This document shows positions 19,768 through 28,600 of a stretch of 58,906 nucleotides of DNA, piece by piece. Origin of the DNA: an uncultured Chloroflexia bacterium (GTDB lineage Bacteria; Chloroflexota; Anaerolineae; CG2-30-64-16). The notes below the pieces were generated by a model that ran no database searches, was not told the origin of the DNA, and saw nothing but the letters and a program-made list of their open reading frames with translations. Within the stretch, counting starts at the first letter, position 1; the number at the start of each line of letters is the position of its first letter. The translations under genes were made by a program, and so were the position numbers. The DNA is taken from the NCBI GenBank assembly GCA_963808455.1, contig CAWEHT010000216.1, positions 1 through 58,906 of the forward strand, given 5' to 3'.

Positions 19768-20000
19768 CTACTGTTCGCCGCGTATGCCTTGGGCCGCAGC
19801 ATATTGGGTCATCTCGCGCAGCGACACTCCAGCCAAGCGCGGGCACGCCAGATCGAGATGCCGCCCTGCTTGTAAAGTGCCAGGGCTTGTTCCATCTTCA
19901 ATTGACGCAGCCCCAGTCGCAACAGCTCAGCCAGCTCGCCCCGATAGGGTGCGATTTCCTTCATTAGCGCTTCAGACACGGACACTGTTAGAGTCTCCAT
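19768..20000 (-). CDS. UPF0175-family antitoxin candidate, frame break near 19.845 kb
   Basis: METLTVSVSEALMKEIAPY..LKMEQALALYKQGGIS.. then, in another frame, ..LAGVSLREMTQYAAAQGIRGEQ* with stop at 19768-19770. Confidence 0.5.
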
Positions 20001-20269
20001 TCACTGATTCTCCATGCCCTCATTATAGATCGGATTCCAGTGCTGGGTCAACGAAGCGAAGAACGAGGATGTTGGGCCGCGTGGTGAGTTTTGTCCAGTC
20101 ATACCCACCTCGGGTATAATGCCATCGCTGTCTGAGCTATGTGTCCAACAAGGCGCATAGCAGTGGCAGCAGTGTCGTTTGGAGGCGAAAGGACGCGGTT
20201 TCCGAGGAACCGGCCACCTCATGGCTCGGTTCAACCGCAGACCTCATGGCTCGCCAAATGCGGTGGCCC

Positions 20270-21723
20270 TAATACTACAACGACGCATGCCTGTGGTACA
20301 ATAACCTCCAATTATGCGGTGCAGCCGCCATGGAGGTCTTGACATCAACCCAATCGAGTTCGAACAGGTAGCAACATCGTTCGCTAAGTTTCATCAGGTA
20401 TTTGCGCCATTGTTTGGGCGCACCGAAGCGCGAGAGCGCAGTGAGCAATACTTGCGGGGTCTGCTGGTGCAGCAAACCGATCGCCGCAACGCCGAGAATC
20501 TGGCCGAGACCATCGAGGGGGCTACGCCGCGCAGCTTGCAGCGCTTCCTGACCGAATCGCCATGGGACGATGTGCTGGTCATTGAGCGCTTGCAGGGCCA
20601 TGTCGGCCCACGCCTGGACCAGCCTGGGGCCGTTTTCGTCTTGGATGACACCGGTTTTGCCAAGAAAGGCACCAAGTCGGTGGGGGTAGCCCGCCAATAC
20701 TCGGGCACGCTGGGCAAAGTGGGCAATTGCCAGATCGGCGTGTTCTTGGCCTATGTCTCGGCGCAAGGGCACGCCCTGGTCGACAAGGCCCTGTATCTGC
20801 CCAAAGAATGGACCGATGACCGCCTGCGCTGTCTGGCAGCCGGGGTGCCGCGGGAGGTGGGCTATCAGAGCAAGGCCGAATTGGGTCTGGGCTTGTTGCG
20901 TCAGGCGCGCAAGGCGGGGCATCTGACGACGGCGTGGGTCACCGGCGATGCGGGCTACGGTGAAGTGCCCACGTTGCGGGATAGTCTGGCCGCCGAGGAC
21001 TGGTGCTACGTGCTGGAAGTGCCGAGCACCACGTGCGTTTTCACGCAAGATGCCCAGGTGGCGATACCAGTCTGGTCGGGCCGGGGTCGCAAGCCCAGCC
21101 AGCCGCAACTGCTGGCCGGTGAGCCTCGCTCTCAGAGTGTGGTCGCGGTGGCGGCCGGCCTGGCGCCCAGTGCGTGGCACGAGCTGACGGTGGCGGAGGG
21201 GGCGCAAGGTCCGCGCATCCACCAGTTTGCCGCCTTGCGCGTCTGGGAAAGCCGGGAAGGTCTGCCGGGGCGGCCCTGCTGGCTGGCGTTGCGACGGGAT
21301 CTGGATGGCAGCGAGGCCAAATATTACCTGTCGAATGCGCCCGCCGACACATCCTTGGGGCGTCTGGCCGAGGTCGGGGCCATGCGTTGGCCGATCGAGA
21401 CCGAGTTTCAGACCGACAAAGGCGAAACGGGTCTGGACGAGTACGAAGTGCGCACCTGGGCGGGCTGGCATCATCATGTCACCATGGCCCTGTTGGCCGG
21501 AACCTTCCTGTTGGACCTCCAACTGGACTGGGGGGGAAAATATGCCCCAAATCACCCGTCCGCAAATCACGCGAGTGCTGCGCCAGCTGCTGCCGCAGCG
21601 CAACTGGACCCCGGACGAATTGCTGACCTGGTTGAGTGAGACCCAGAGCCGCAATGAGCAGGCCAAACGCTCCCACGCCGCTCGCCGACGCTTGAGACGG
21701 ATTCGTCCGTCGTTGTAGTATTA
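20270..21723 (+). mobile_element. IS701-family insertion sequence
   Basis: 16-bp perfect inverted repeats TAATACTACAACGACG (20270-20285) and CGTCGTTGTAGTATTA (21708-21723). The transposase stop lies inside the right repeat. Confidence 0.75.
20314..21718 (+). CDS. IS701-family DDE transposase, frame break in the G7A4 run at 21530-21541
   Basis: ..VFVLDDTGFAKKGTKSVGVARQYSGTLGKVGNCQIG.., ..WVTGDAGYG.., ..MRWPIETEFQTDKGETGLDEYEVRTWAGWHHHVTMALLA... The C-terminus (..MPQITRPQITRVLRQLLPQRNWTPDELLTWL..) continues in ORF 21227..21718. Confidence 0.8.
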
Positions 21724-22084
21724 TGGGGGGTGTCTGAACCACCCTTTAGGGTCTAACCTCTTCTCCCCCAATCCCCTACAATCAGAGCCAACAAAGAGTT
21801 GAGAGTCCATGGCAACAACCAGACGATTCGCCAGCCATCGCGCTTTGCCCACAGGCGGGGCGCGACCTGGGCACAAGTAGCCACCGCGCTTATGCGAAGA
21901 AAGGGAACCATCATGGATAGCGGCCCACTTGGATATGTGGTGATCGTTAACCGACGATGAGTTCACAATTGAGAAGAACCGGCTTCTGGGCCGTTAGTCA
22001 GAACTCAACCGGCCTGAACGGAAAAGCAGCCCAATTCCGCTCGGAGCCGCGGGCACGATATAAAGGGAAGGCCGTATTAGGGCC

Positions 22085-23086
22085 ATGTTCGACAATATCC
22101 TTGTCCCCTTAGATCGATCGGCTCTGGCCGAATGCGTCCTGCCCCATGCTGTCGGAATGGCCCGCGCCTTCCAGTCGCGGGTTATCCTGCTTAGCGTGCT
22201 CGAGCGGGGCACCCGGCTGGATTGCACGAACGGGGTAGATCCCTTCGAATGGCGGATCAGGAAGGCTGAAGCTGAAAGCTATCTGCGCACGTTGGCCGGC
22301 CGCTTGCAGGAAAATGGCTTGCCCCTGCGGAGGCAAACGCTGGAAGGCGAAGCCGCGGAACAGATCGTCGATTTCGCTCACAGCAGCAGTGAGAACCTGA
22401 TCATCCTGAGCAGCCATGGCCAGAGCGGCTTGACCGGATGGAACGTGGGCAGCGTGGTGCAGAAGATCGTCATGCGGGCACGGACGTCCATCCTGATCGT
22501 GCGCGCTCATCAGCCCAAGCCGGCCGATCTGCGCTACCGGCGGTTGCTCGTGCCCCTGGACGGTTCCCAACGCGCCGAATGGGTCTGGCCTCTGGCGATG
22601 ATTCTGGCTCGCGCGCAGGGAGCAGAGATCCTGCTGGCGCACGTGGTCAAGCCGCCGGAGATGCCCCGCCGCCTGCCGCCGACCGCCGAGGATGTGGAGC
22701 TGGCGGATCGCGTGGTAAAGCGCAACGAGGAGGAGGCGACGCGGTACGTGGACGAACTGCGCGCCTGGATGCCGGCATCGGTGCGCGGACGCGTCATGGT
22801 GGGTGAGCATGTGCCGGCAACGTTGCATCAGTTGGCGGATGAAGAAGGGGTAGACCTGGTCGTCCTGAGCGCCCATGGTTATTCTGGGGGCACCCGATTT
22901 CCTTATGGTGGAGTCGTCAGCAGCTTCATCACGTACGGGAGCACACCTGTGCTGATTGTGCAGGACCTTCCTGCGGACGAGATCCAGCCAAACCCGGCTG
23001 AAATGCGGGCCACAGACCGTGGGGCGTTGCCGATGCCATACGGCACGTTCGGCACTGAGGAAAATCGGCGATCGATGCGACTCTAG
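22085..23086 (+). CDS. universal stress protein, tandem UspA domains (paralog 1)
   Basis: 333-aa ORF. MFDNILVPLDRSALAECVLPHAV.., ..LIILSSHGQSGLTGWNVGSVVQKIVMRARTSILIVR.., with a second domain ..RRLLVPLDGSQRAE..LVVLSAHGYSG.. Confidence 0.85.
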   Translation: MFDNILVPLDRSALAECVLPHAVGMARAFQSRVILLSVLERGTRLDCTNGVDPFEWRIRKAEAESYLRTLAGRLQENGLPLRRQTLEGEAAEQIVDFAHSSSENLIILSSHGQSGLTGWNVGSVVQKIVMRARTSILIVRAHQPKPADLRYRRLLVPLDGSQRAEWVWPLAMILARAQGAEILLAHVVKPPEMPRRLPPTAEDVELADRVVKRNEEEATRYVDELRAWMPASVRGRVMVGEHVPATLHQLADEEGVDLVVLSAHGYSGGTRFPYGGVVSSFITYGSTPVLIVQDLPADEIQPNPAEMRATDRGALPMPYGTFGTEENRRSMRL

Positions 23087-23162
23087 CCAGGTCTTTCCAC
23101 ACCTGACTTTGGAGAGCTTGTGCAGGCGCGGTGAACGTTCAAAGCCTGGTAGACGAAAACGA

Positions 23163-23190
23163 TTGACACCCGGGCTAAAGAGCTTATAAT
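23163..23190 (+). promoter_or_regulatory. consensus sigma70-type promoter in an AT-rich patch upstream of usp paralog 2
   Basis: TTGACA (23163-23168), 16-nt spacer, TATAAT (23185-23190). It lies about 225 nt upstream of the ATG at 23416. Confidence 0.5.
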
Positions 23191-23415
23191 AATAACAATT
23201 TTCTGTCTCATGGTGGTCTCACGAGCCGGTTTTCTGAGCGGCACGTTTGGTGCGCACCGAGGGAGATTCATCGGCGCCAGGTTGAAGCCATATCTGAATC
23301 GTGCAGGTATTGTCGAGACGCAGCCATCTCCAAACCCAACCGGGCTGAACGGGAAAGCGGCCCAAGCCAGCCTGGAGCCGCGGGCACTGTGCAAAGGGAG
23401 GCTCATGGTAGAGCC

Positions 23416-24438
23416 ATGTTCGACAATATCCTTGTCCCTTTAGACCGATCGGCTCTGGCCGAATGCGTCCTGCCCCATGCTGTAGCAATAGCCCGTGCCT
23501 TCCAGTCACGGGTCACCCTGCTTAGCGTGCTCGAGCGGGGCACCCGGCTGGATTGCACGGACAGGGTCGATCCCCTCGAGTGGCGGATCAGGAAAGCTGA
23601 AGCCGAAAGCTATCTCCGCACGTTGGCCGGCCGCTGGCAGGGCACCGGCCTGACACTGAAAAGACAGATGCTGGAAGGCGAAGCCGCGGAACAGATCGTC
23701 GATTTCGCGCACAGCAGTGCCATGAGTCTGATCATTCTGAGCAGCCATGGCCAGAGCGGCTTGACCGGATGCAACGTGGGCAGTGTGGTGCAGAAGATCG
23801 CCATGCGGGCACGGACGTCTATCCTGATCGTGCGCGCTTATCAGCGCAAATCCGCCGATCTGCGCTACCGGCGATTGCTCGTGCCCCTGGACGGTTCCCA
23901 GCGCGCCGAATGGGTCTGGCCCCTGGCTACGATTCTGGCTCGGGCGGAGGAAGCCGAGATCCTGCTGGCGCACGTGGTCAAGCCGCCGGAGATGCCCCGC
24001 CGCCTGCCGCCGACCGCCGAGGATGTGGAGCTGGCGGATCGCGTGGTAAAACGCAACGCGGAGGAGGCGAGGCGGTACGTGGAAGAACTGAGTGCCTGGA
24101 TGCCGGCATCGGTGCGCGGACGCGTCATGGTGGGTGAGCATGTGCCGGCAACGTTGCATCAGTTGGCGGATGAAGAAGGGGTTGACCTGGTCGTCCTGAG
24201 CGCTCACGGTTATTCTGGAGGCACCCGATTTCCTTACGGGGGAGTCGTCACCAGCTTCATCACGTACGGGAGCACGCCTGTGCTGATTGTGCAGGACCTT
24301 CCTGCGGACGAGATCCAGCCAAACCCGGCTGAAATGCGGGCCACAGACCGTGGGGCGTTGCCGATGCCGCACGGCACGTTCGACGTCGAGGATAGCTGGC
24401 AACCGTCACAGCTTCCAGTCCCGCCGATCTGGAACTGA
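23416..24438 (+). CDS. universal stress protein, tandem UspA domains (paralog 2)
   Basis: Internal ATG of track ORF 23389..24438. It matches paralog 1 at a constant offset of 1331 nt with only scattered substitutions, including 79 nt of leader. Confidence 0.85.
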   Translation: MFDNILVPLDRSALAECVLPHAVAIARAFQSRVTLLSVLERGTRLDCTDRVDPLEWRIRKAEAESYLRTLAGRWQGTGLTLKRQMLEGEAAEQIVDFAHSSAMSLIILSSHGQSGLTGCNVGSVVQKIAMRARTSILIVRAYQRKSADLRYRRLLVPLDGSQRAEWVWPLATILARAEEAEILLAHVVKPPEMPRRLPPTAEDVELADRVVKRNAEEARRYVEELSAWMPASVRGRVMVGEHVPATLHQLADEEGVDLVVLSAHGYSGGTRFPYGGVVTSFITYGSTPVLIVQDLPADEIQPNPAEMRATDRGALPMPHGTFDVEDSWQPSQLPVPPIWN

Positions 24439-24708
24439 TATCGGCGTCAAAGACAGCACGCTCGGACACATCTGTGCCCCAAAAAGAAGGAATCCGGCTC
24501 ATCCTGGCGTCGCGGGTTCGATCGTACAGGATGTTAGTCGCGCCCACTCTCCGAGTGGGCCACTATCTGATGAAGCGCTGCGACTCGAGCCGGGGCTTTC
24601 CACTCCCCGTTATGCTCGATGCGCTGCTCGCTGCCGTAGGCCTGCACGGCCTGTGGCAAGGATCGCTGCTGGGCCGGAATTGCAGCCGGCCATCTCAAAG
24701 AGGTACTC

Positions 24709-25669
24709 ATGTTCGAAAGGATCCTGGTTCCCCTGGACCGTTCGCCGCTGGCCGAATGCGTCTTGCCGCACACGGTGGCCGTGGCAGCGCTCTCTGGGCT
24801 CAGAATTGGTGCTCCTTCATATCCTCTCTCGATCCGACGGGCAGCACGGCCTCCGCGCGGTGGACCCGCTGGAGTGGCAGCTGCGCAGGGCAGAAGCAGA
24901 AAGCTACCTGGAAGGGGTGCGCACGCGACTGCAGGCGGTAGGCGTCGTGGCGCAGACGAAGGTCCTCGACGGGGACGCTGCCGAGCAGATTGTGGCTTTT
25001 GCCCGCGAAAACCAGGTCGGGCTTGTCGTCATCAGCAGCCATGGGCAGAGTGGCCTGAGCGGCTGGAACGTCAGCAGCGTCGTGCAAAAGGTGATCATGC
25101 GCGCTCCCCTCTCGCTGATGATCGTGCGCGCTTATCAGCCGGCTGGGTCGGACCTGGGAGATCTGCGCTACCGGCGGGTCATGGTACCGCTCGACGGTTC
25201 CCCGCGCGCCGAAAGCGTGCTGCCGCTGGCCGCCATCCTTGCCCGCGTTTCCGAGGCCCAGGTCTTGCTAGCGCACGTGGTGCTGCGCCCGCAGATGCCG
25301 AGGCGAACGCCGCTCAGTCAAGAAGACAGCAGCCTGGCCGACCGCATCGTGGAGCGCAACCGGAGCGAGGCCGAGCAGTACCTGAAGGACGTGCGCTCGC
25401 AGTTCCCGCCGGCAATCGCCGAGACGAGGCTGCTGATCGCCAACCATCTGGCGGTCGTGTTGCACGAGCTGGCCGACCAGGAGAATGCCGATCTGGTGCT
25501 GTTGAGCGCACATGGCGACTCCGGTGAGATGCGCTGGCCTTATGGCAGCCTGGTTGCCGGCTTCATTGCGTATGGCTCCTCCCCCTTGTTGATCTTTCAG
25601 GATGCGCCTGCCAGGGCGAGCGCGCCCACACCTGCCGAGGCTGCGGCACAGAATCATGGAAGCCGTTAG
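24709..25669 (+). CDS. universal stress protein, tandem UspA domains (paralog 3, diverged), frame break near 24785
   Basis: MFERILVPLDRSPLAECVLPHTVAVA (ORF 24709..) continues as ..SLGSELVLLHILSRSDG..VVISSHGQSGLSGWNVSSVVQKVIMRA..LVLLSAHGDSG.. in ORF 24287..25669. Confidence 0.75.
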
Positions 25670-28600
25670 GCCATGGTTCAGCAAGAGACGGCACAAGAGC
25701 AGACGCGGCATACTCGACGACACGGCCGGACTGGACAAGGTCCGTGCCCAGGCGCATGAAGCCGCAGCCCTTGGGGCAGCCGCGCCAGGATGGGGTGCGC
25801 AGCCGTGGCTACTGGCGGGCTTGAAGGCGCAGGAGACGTTCCTGCAGGCCACGGTGGTGTTCTTTCAAGACATCTCCGGGCAACAAACTCTCTCCCCTGC
25901 TGCCGAGTGGATGCTGGATAACTTTTACCTCGCCCGGCAGTCGTTGCGCCAGGTCCGCGAGGACATGCCGAAAGGCTTCTACCGCCAGCTACCCAAGCTG
26001 GCCGCCGGCCCACTGGCCGGCTATCCCCGCATCTACGATGTCGCGCAGCAGCTCGTGGCAAACAGCGGCGCCCGCCTGGACATGGAACAGGTGCAGCACT
26101 TTGTCTGGCTTTATCAAGACAGCAGGCCGCTGACCACTGGCGAGCTGTGGGCTTTGCCGGTCATGTTGCGCCTGAGCATCCTGACTGCCCTGGCCAAAGC
26201 AGCCGCGCAGATCACCAAGCTGGCGCAGCAGGGCGAGCCTCCTTCCTTGCCTTTGTCTGGAACCCTGACCGGCGATGAGATCGTGGCCAACTGCTTCACC
26301 AGCCTGCGCACCATCGGCACACAAGACTGGCGCTATTTCTTCGAGAGCGTGAGTCGCGTGGAGCAGATCCTGCGCGACGATCCGGCCGCGGTCTACCCCG
26401 GCATGGACCGTGCCACGCGCGACCGAGTATCGCCGTGTGGTCGAGAAACTGGCCCTGGCGACCGGCCAGAGCGAGCTGGAAGTAGCGCGGCTGGCGAACG
26501 CCCTGGCTCAGGCAGCCTGGATTGGCCCGCCCGCCCCGCTCGTGCCCGTCGACGGCAAGGGCCAGAACAGATGGCGACGCGTGGCCGGGTCTGGACATGC
26601 CCCCGGCCGCACACGTAGGCTACTACCTGCTGGACGATGGCCGGCGTGGCGCTCGAGGGCCGGCTGGGCTATCGGCCCACGCCGTTAGCAAGCCTGGCGC
26701 GCTGGGCACTCAGGCACCCCGCCGTCGTCTATCTGGGTCCAATCGCAGTATTGGCGTTGCTGATGCTGGTCGCAGCTGCGGCCCATGTCGCCGCCCTGGA
26801 TGGCCCGGCGTTATTGGCGATTCTGGCTGTTGCGCTCGTTTTCCTGCCGGCACTGGCCGCATCGGTGGCCCTGGTCGATTGGGCGGTCACCCTGGCCTTA
26901 CCACCCCGGATTCTGCCCAAGCTCGATCTCTCAGCGGAACAAGGTGCCCACGGGATACCCGGCTCATGCCGGACATTGGTGGTAGTGCCGGCGCTGCTGA
27001 GCAACGCCCAGGAGGTAGCCTCGCTGGTGCAGCAGATCGAGCAGCACTATCTGCGCAACCCCGACCCGAACCTTTACTTCGCGCTCCTGACTGACTTCGG
27101 GGACGCCGACGAGCAGCATATGCCCGGCGACGCAGCCCTGCTCGAGCAGGCTCGTGCGGGCATCGGAGGGCTCAATACCCGTTATAGCGGCGACACAGAC
27201 GCGCACGGTGGGCTGTTTTGCATATTCCATCGTGAGCGACGCTGGAACGCGCAAGAGGGGCGCTGGATCGGTTGGGAGCGCAAACGCGGCAAACTCCACG
27301 AGCTGAACCGCTGGCTACGGGGCGCGACAGACACGTCGATCATCTCTTCGATCGGCCAGGCCGCCCAGCTGCGCCTGGTGAAATATGTCATCACACTGGA
27401 TGCCGACACGATCCTGGGCCGCGACAGCGCCCGGCAGCTGATCGGCACCCTGGCTCATCCGCTGAACCACGCGCAGGCCGATCCGCGTACCGGCCGGGTG
27501 GTGCACGGCTATGGCCTGTTGCAGCCGCGTACCGAGATCGTGCCCGCCAGCGCCAACTACTCACGCTTCAGCCGCATCTTCGCAGGCGATATCGGGCTTG
27601 ACCTCTACACCCACGCCGTGTCCAACGTCTACCAGGACCTCTTCGGCAGCGGCATCTATGTGGGCAAAGGCATCTACGATGTCAACGCCTTCGAGAACAG
27701 CCTGGCCGGTCGCGTGCCTGAGAATACCCTGCTCAGCCATGATCTGTTCGAAGGCATCCATGGGCGGGTGGGGTTGGTGACCGACATCGTCTTGTACGAA
27801 GAATACCCGCCGTCCTACCTGACCTACGTGCGGCGGCAGCGCCGCTGGACACGCGGCGACTGGCAGCTGTTGCCCTGGTTGCTGCCCGCGCACGTCCGCA
27901 CACGGCACGGGCCGGCGGCAGATCACGGCCGGCTTCGGCGTCATCGATACCTGGAAGCTGCTGGACAACCTGCGTCGCAGCTTGCTGCCGCCTGCCTTGC
28001 TCCTGTTGCTCATTGCCGGCTGGCTGGGCCTGCCAGGCGCGGCCTGGGTCTGGACCGCGGCCGCGCTGCTGGCCCTGGCGATCCCGGCGCTGCTCGGCGG
28101 CATGACCCCTATCGCGACCGGCCGGGCCGGCACGCGCTGGCGGCAGTCGGTGCGGTCGCTCAAGGATGGCGGGTTGCGCTGGCTGCTGGCCGTGGTTTTT
28201 CTGCCCTTTGAAGCCGCCCAGATGCTCAGCGCCGTGGCTACCACCCTGGCGCGGGTGCTGATCACTCACCAGCGCCTGTTGGAGTGGACGACCGCCGCCA
28301 AGGCCGCCCGACGCGAGGGCAAGGCCGGCAGCCGCAAGCGGACCTGGGCTGAAATGGCCGGCGCGCCGTTCGTGGCCATGGCCTGTATGCTGCTGCTGGC
28401 TGCCTTGCAGCCGGGGCGCCTGCCGTTCTTGCTGCCGCTGCTGATGGCCTGGGCTCTGGCGCCCGAGCTCGCTTATCGCATCAGCCAACCCCTGCGCCAG
28501 ACACCCAGGCCCCTCACGGCAGAGCAACACGCTGCCCTGCGCAGCCTGGCTCGACGCACCTGGCTCTTCTTCGAAGACTTCGTGGGCCCGAACGATCACT

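Noticed and set aside
21530-21541. Programmed -1/+1 ribosomal frameshifting in the IS701 transposase at the G7A4 run, and analogous ideas for dnaK and rpsR.
   Set aside because: IS701-family transposases are normally single ORFs. Equivalent breaks occur in about 30 unrelated genes, including housekeeping ones, so a generic indel-error explanation is far more parsimonious.
21751-21775. CCTCTTCTCCCCCAATCC near the IS701 right flank vaguely resembles the tRNA-Pro 3' end (CCTCTCTCCCCGAC), a possible island att repeat.
   Set aside because: Only a short, imperfect pyrimidine-rich match that lacks the T-loop portion. It is not sufficient to call an attachment site.
23197-23415. Attempt to classify the long usp2 leader as a known riboswitch (cobalamin, c-di-GMP-I/II, ZTP, ydaO, glycine, guanidine) or as SRP-like RNA.
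   Set aside because: No consensus core (for example a B12 box or the ACGCAAAGC of GEMM) could be matched by eye. The possible GAGCC/GGCTC/GAGCC alternative pairing around the usp2 Shine-Dalgarno is not conserved in the usp1 leader. It is kept only as an unclassified leader.
23210-23443. 77-aa ORF inside the usp2 leader, overlapping the usp2 start.
   Set aside because: It has no Shine-Dalgarno and no family resemblance, and the homologous usp1 leader does not keep the frame. It is probably noncoding.
24511-24527. CGCGGGTTCGATCGTAC resembles a tRNA T-arm (GGTTCGATC).
   Set aside because: There is no complementary 3' half of the T stem, no acceptor stem and no anticodon arm around it. It is not a tRNA or a convincing tRNA fragment.
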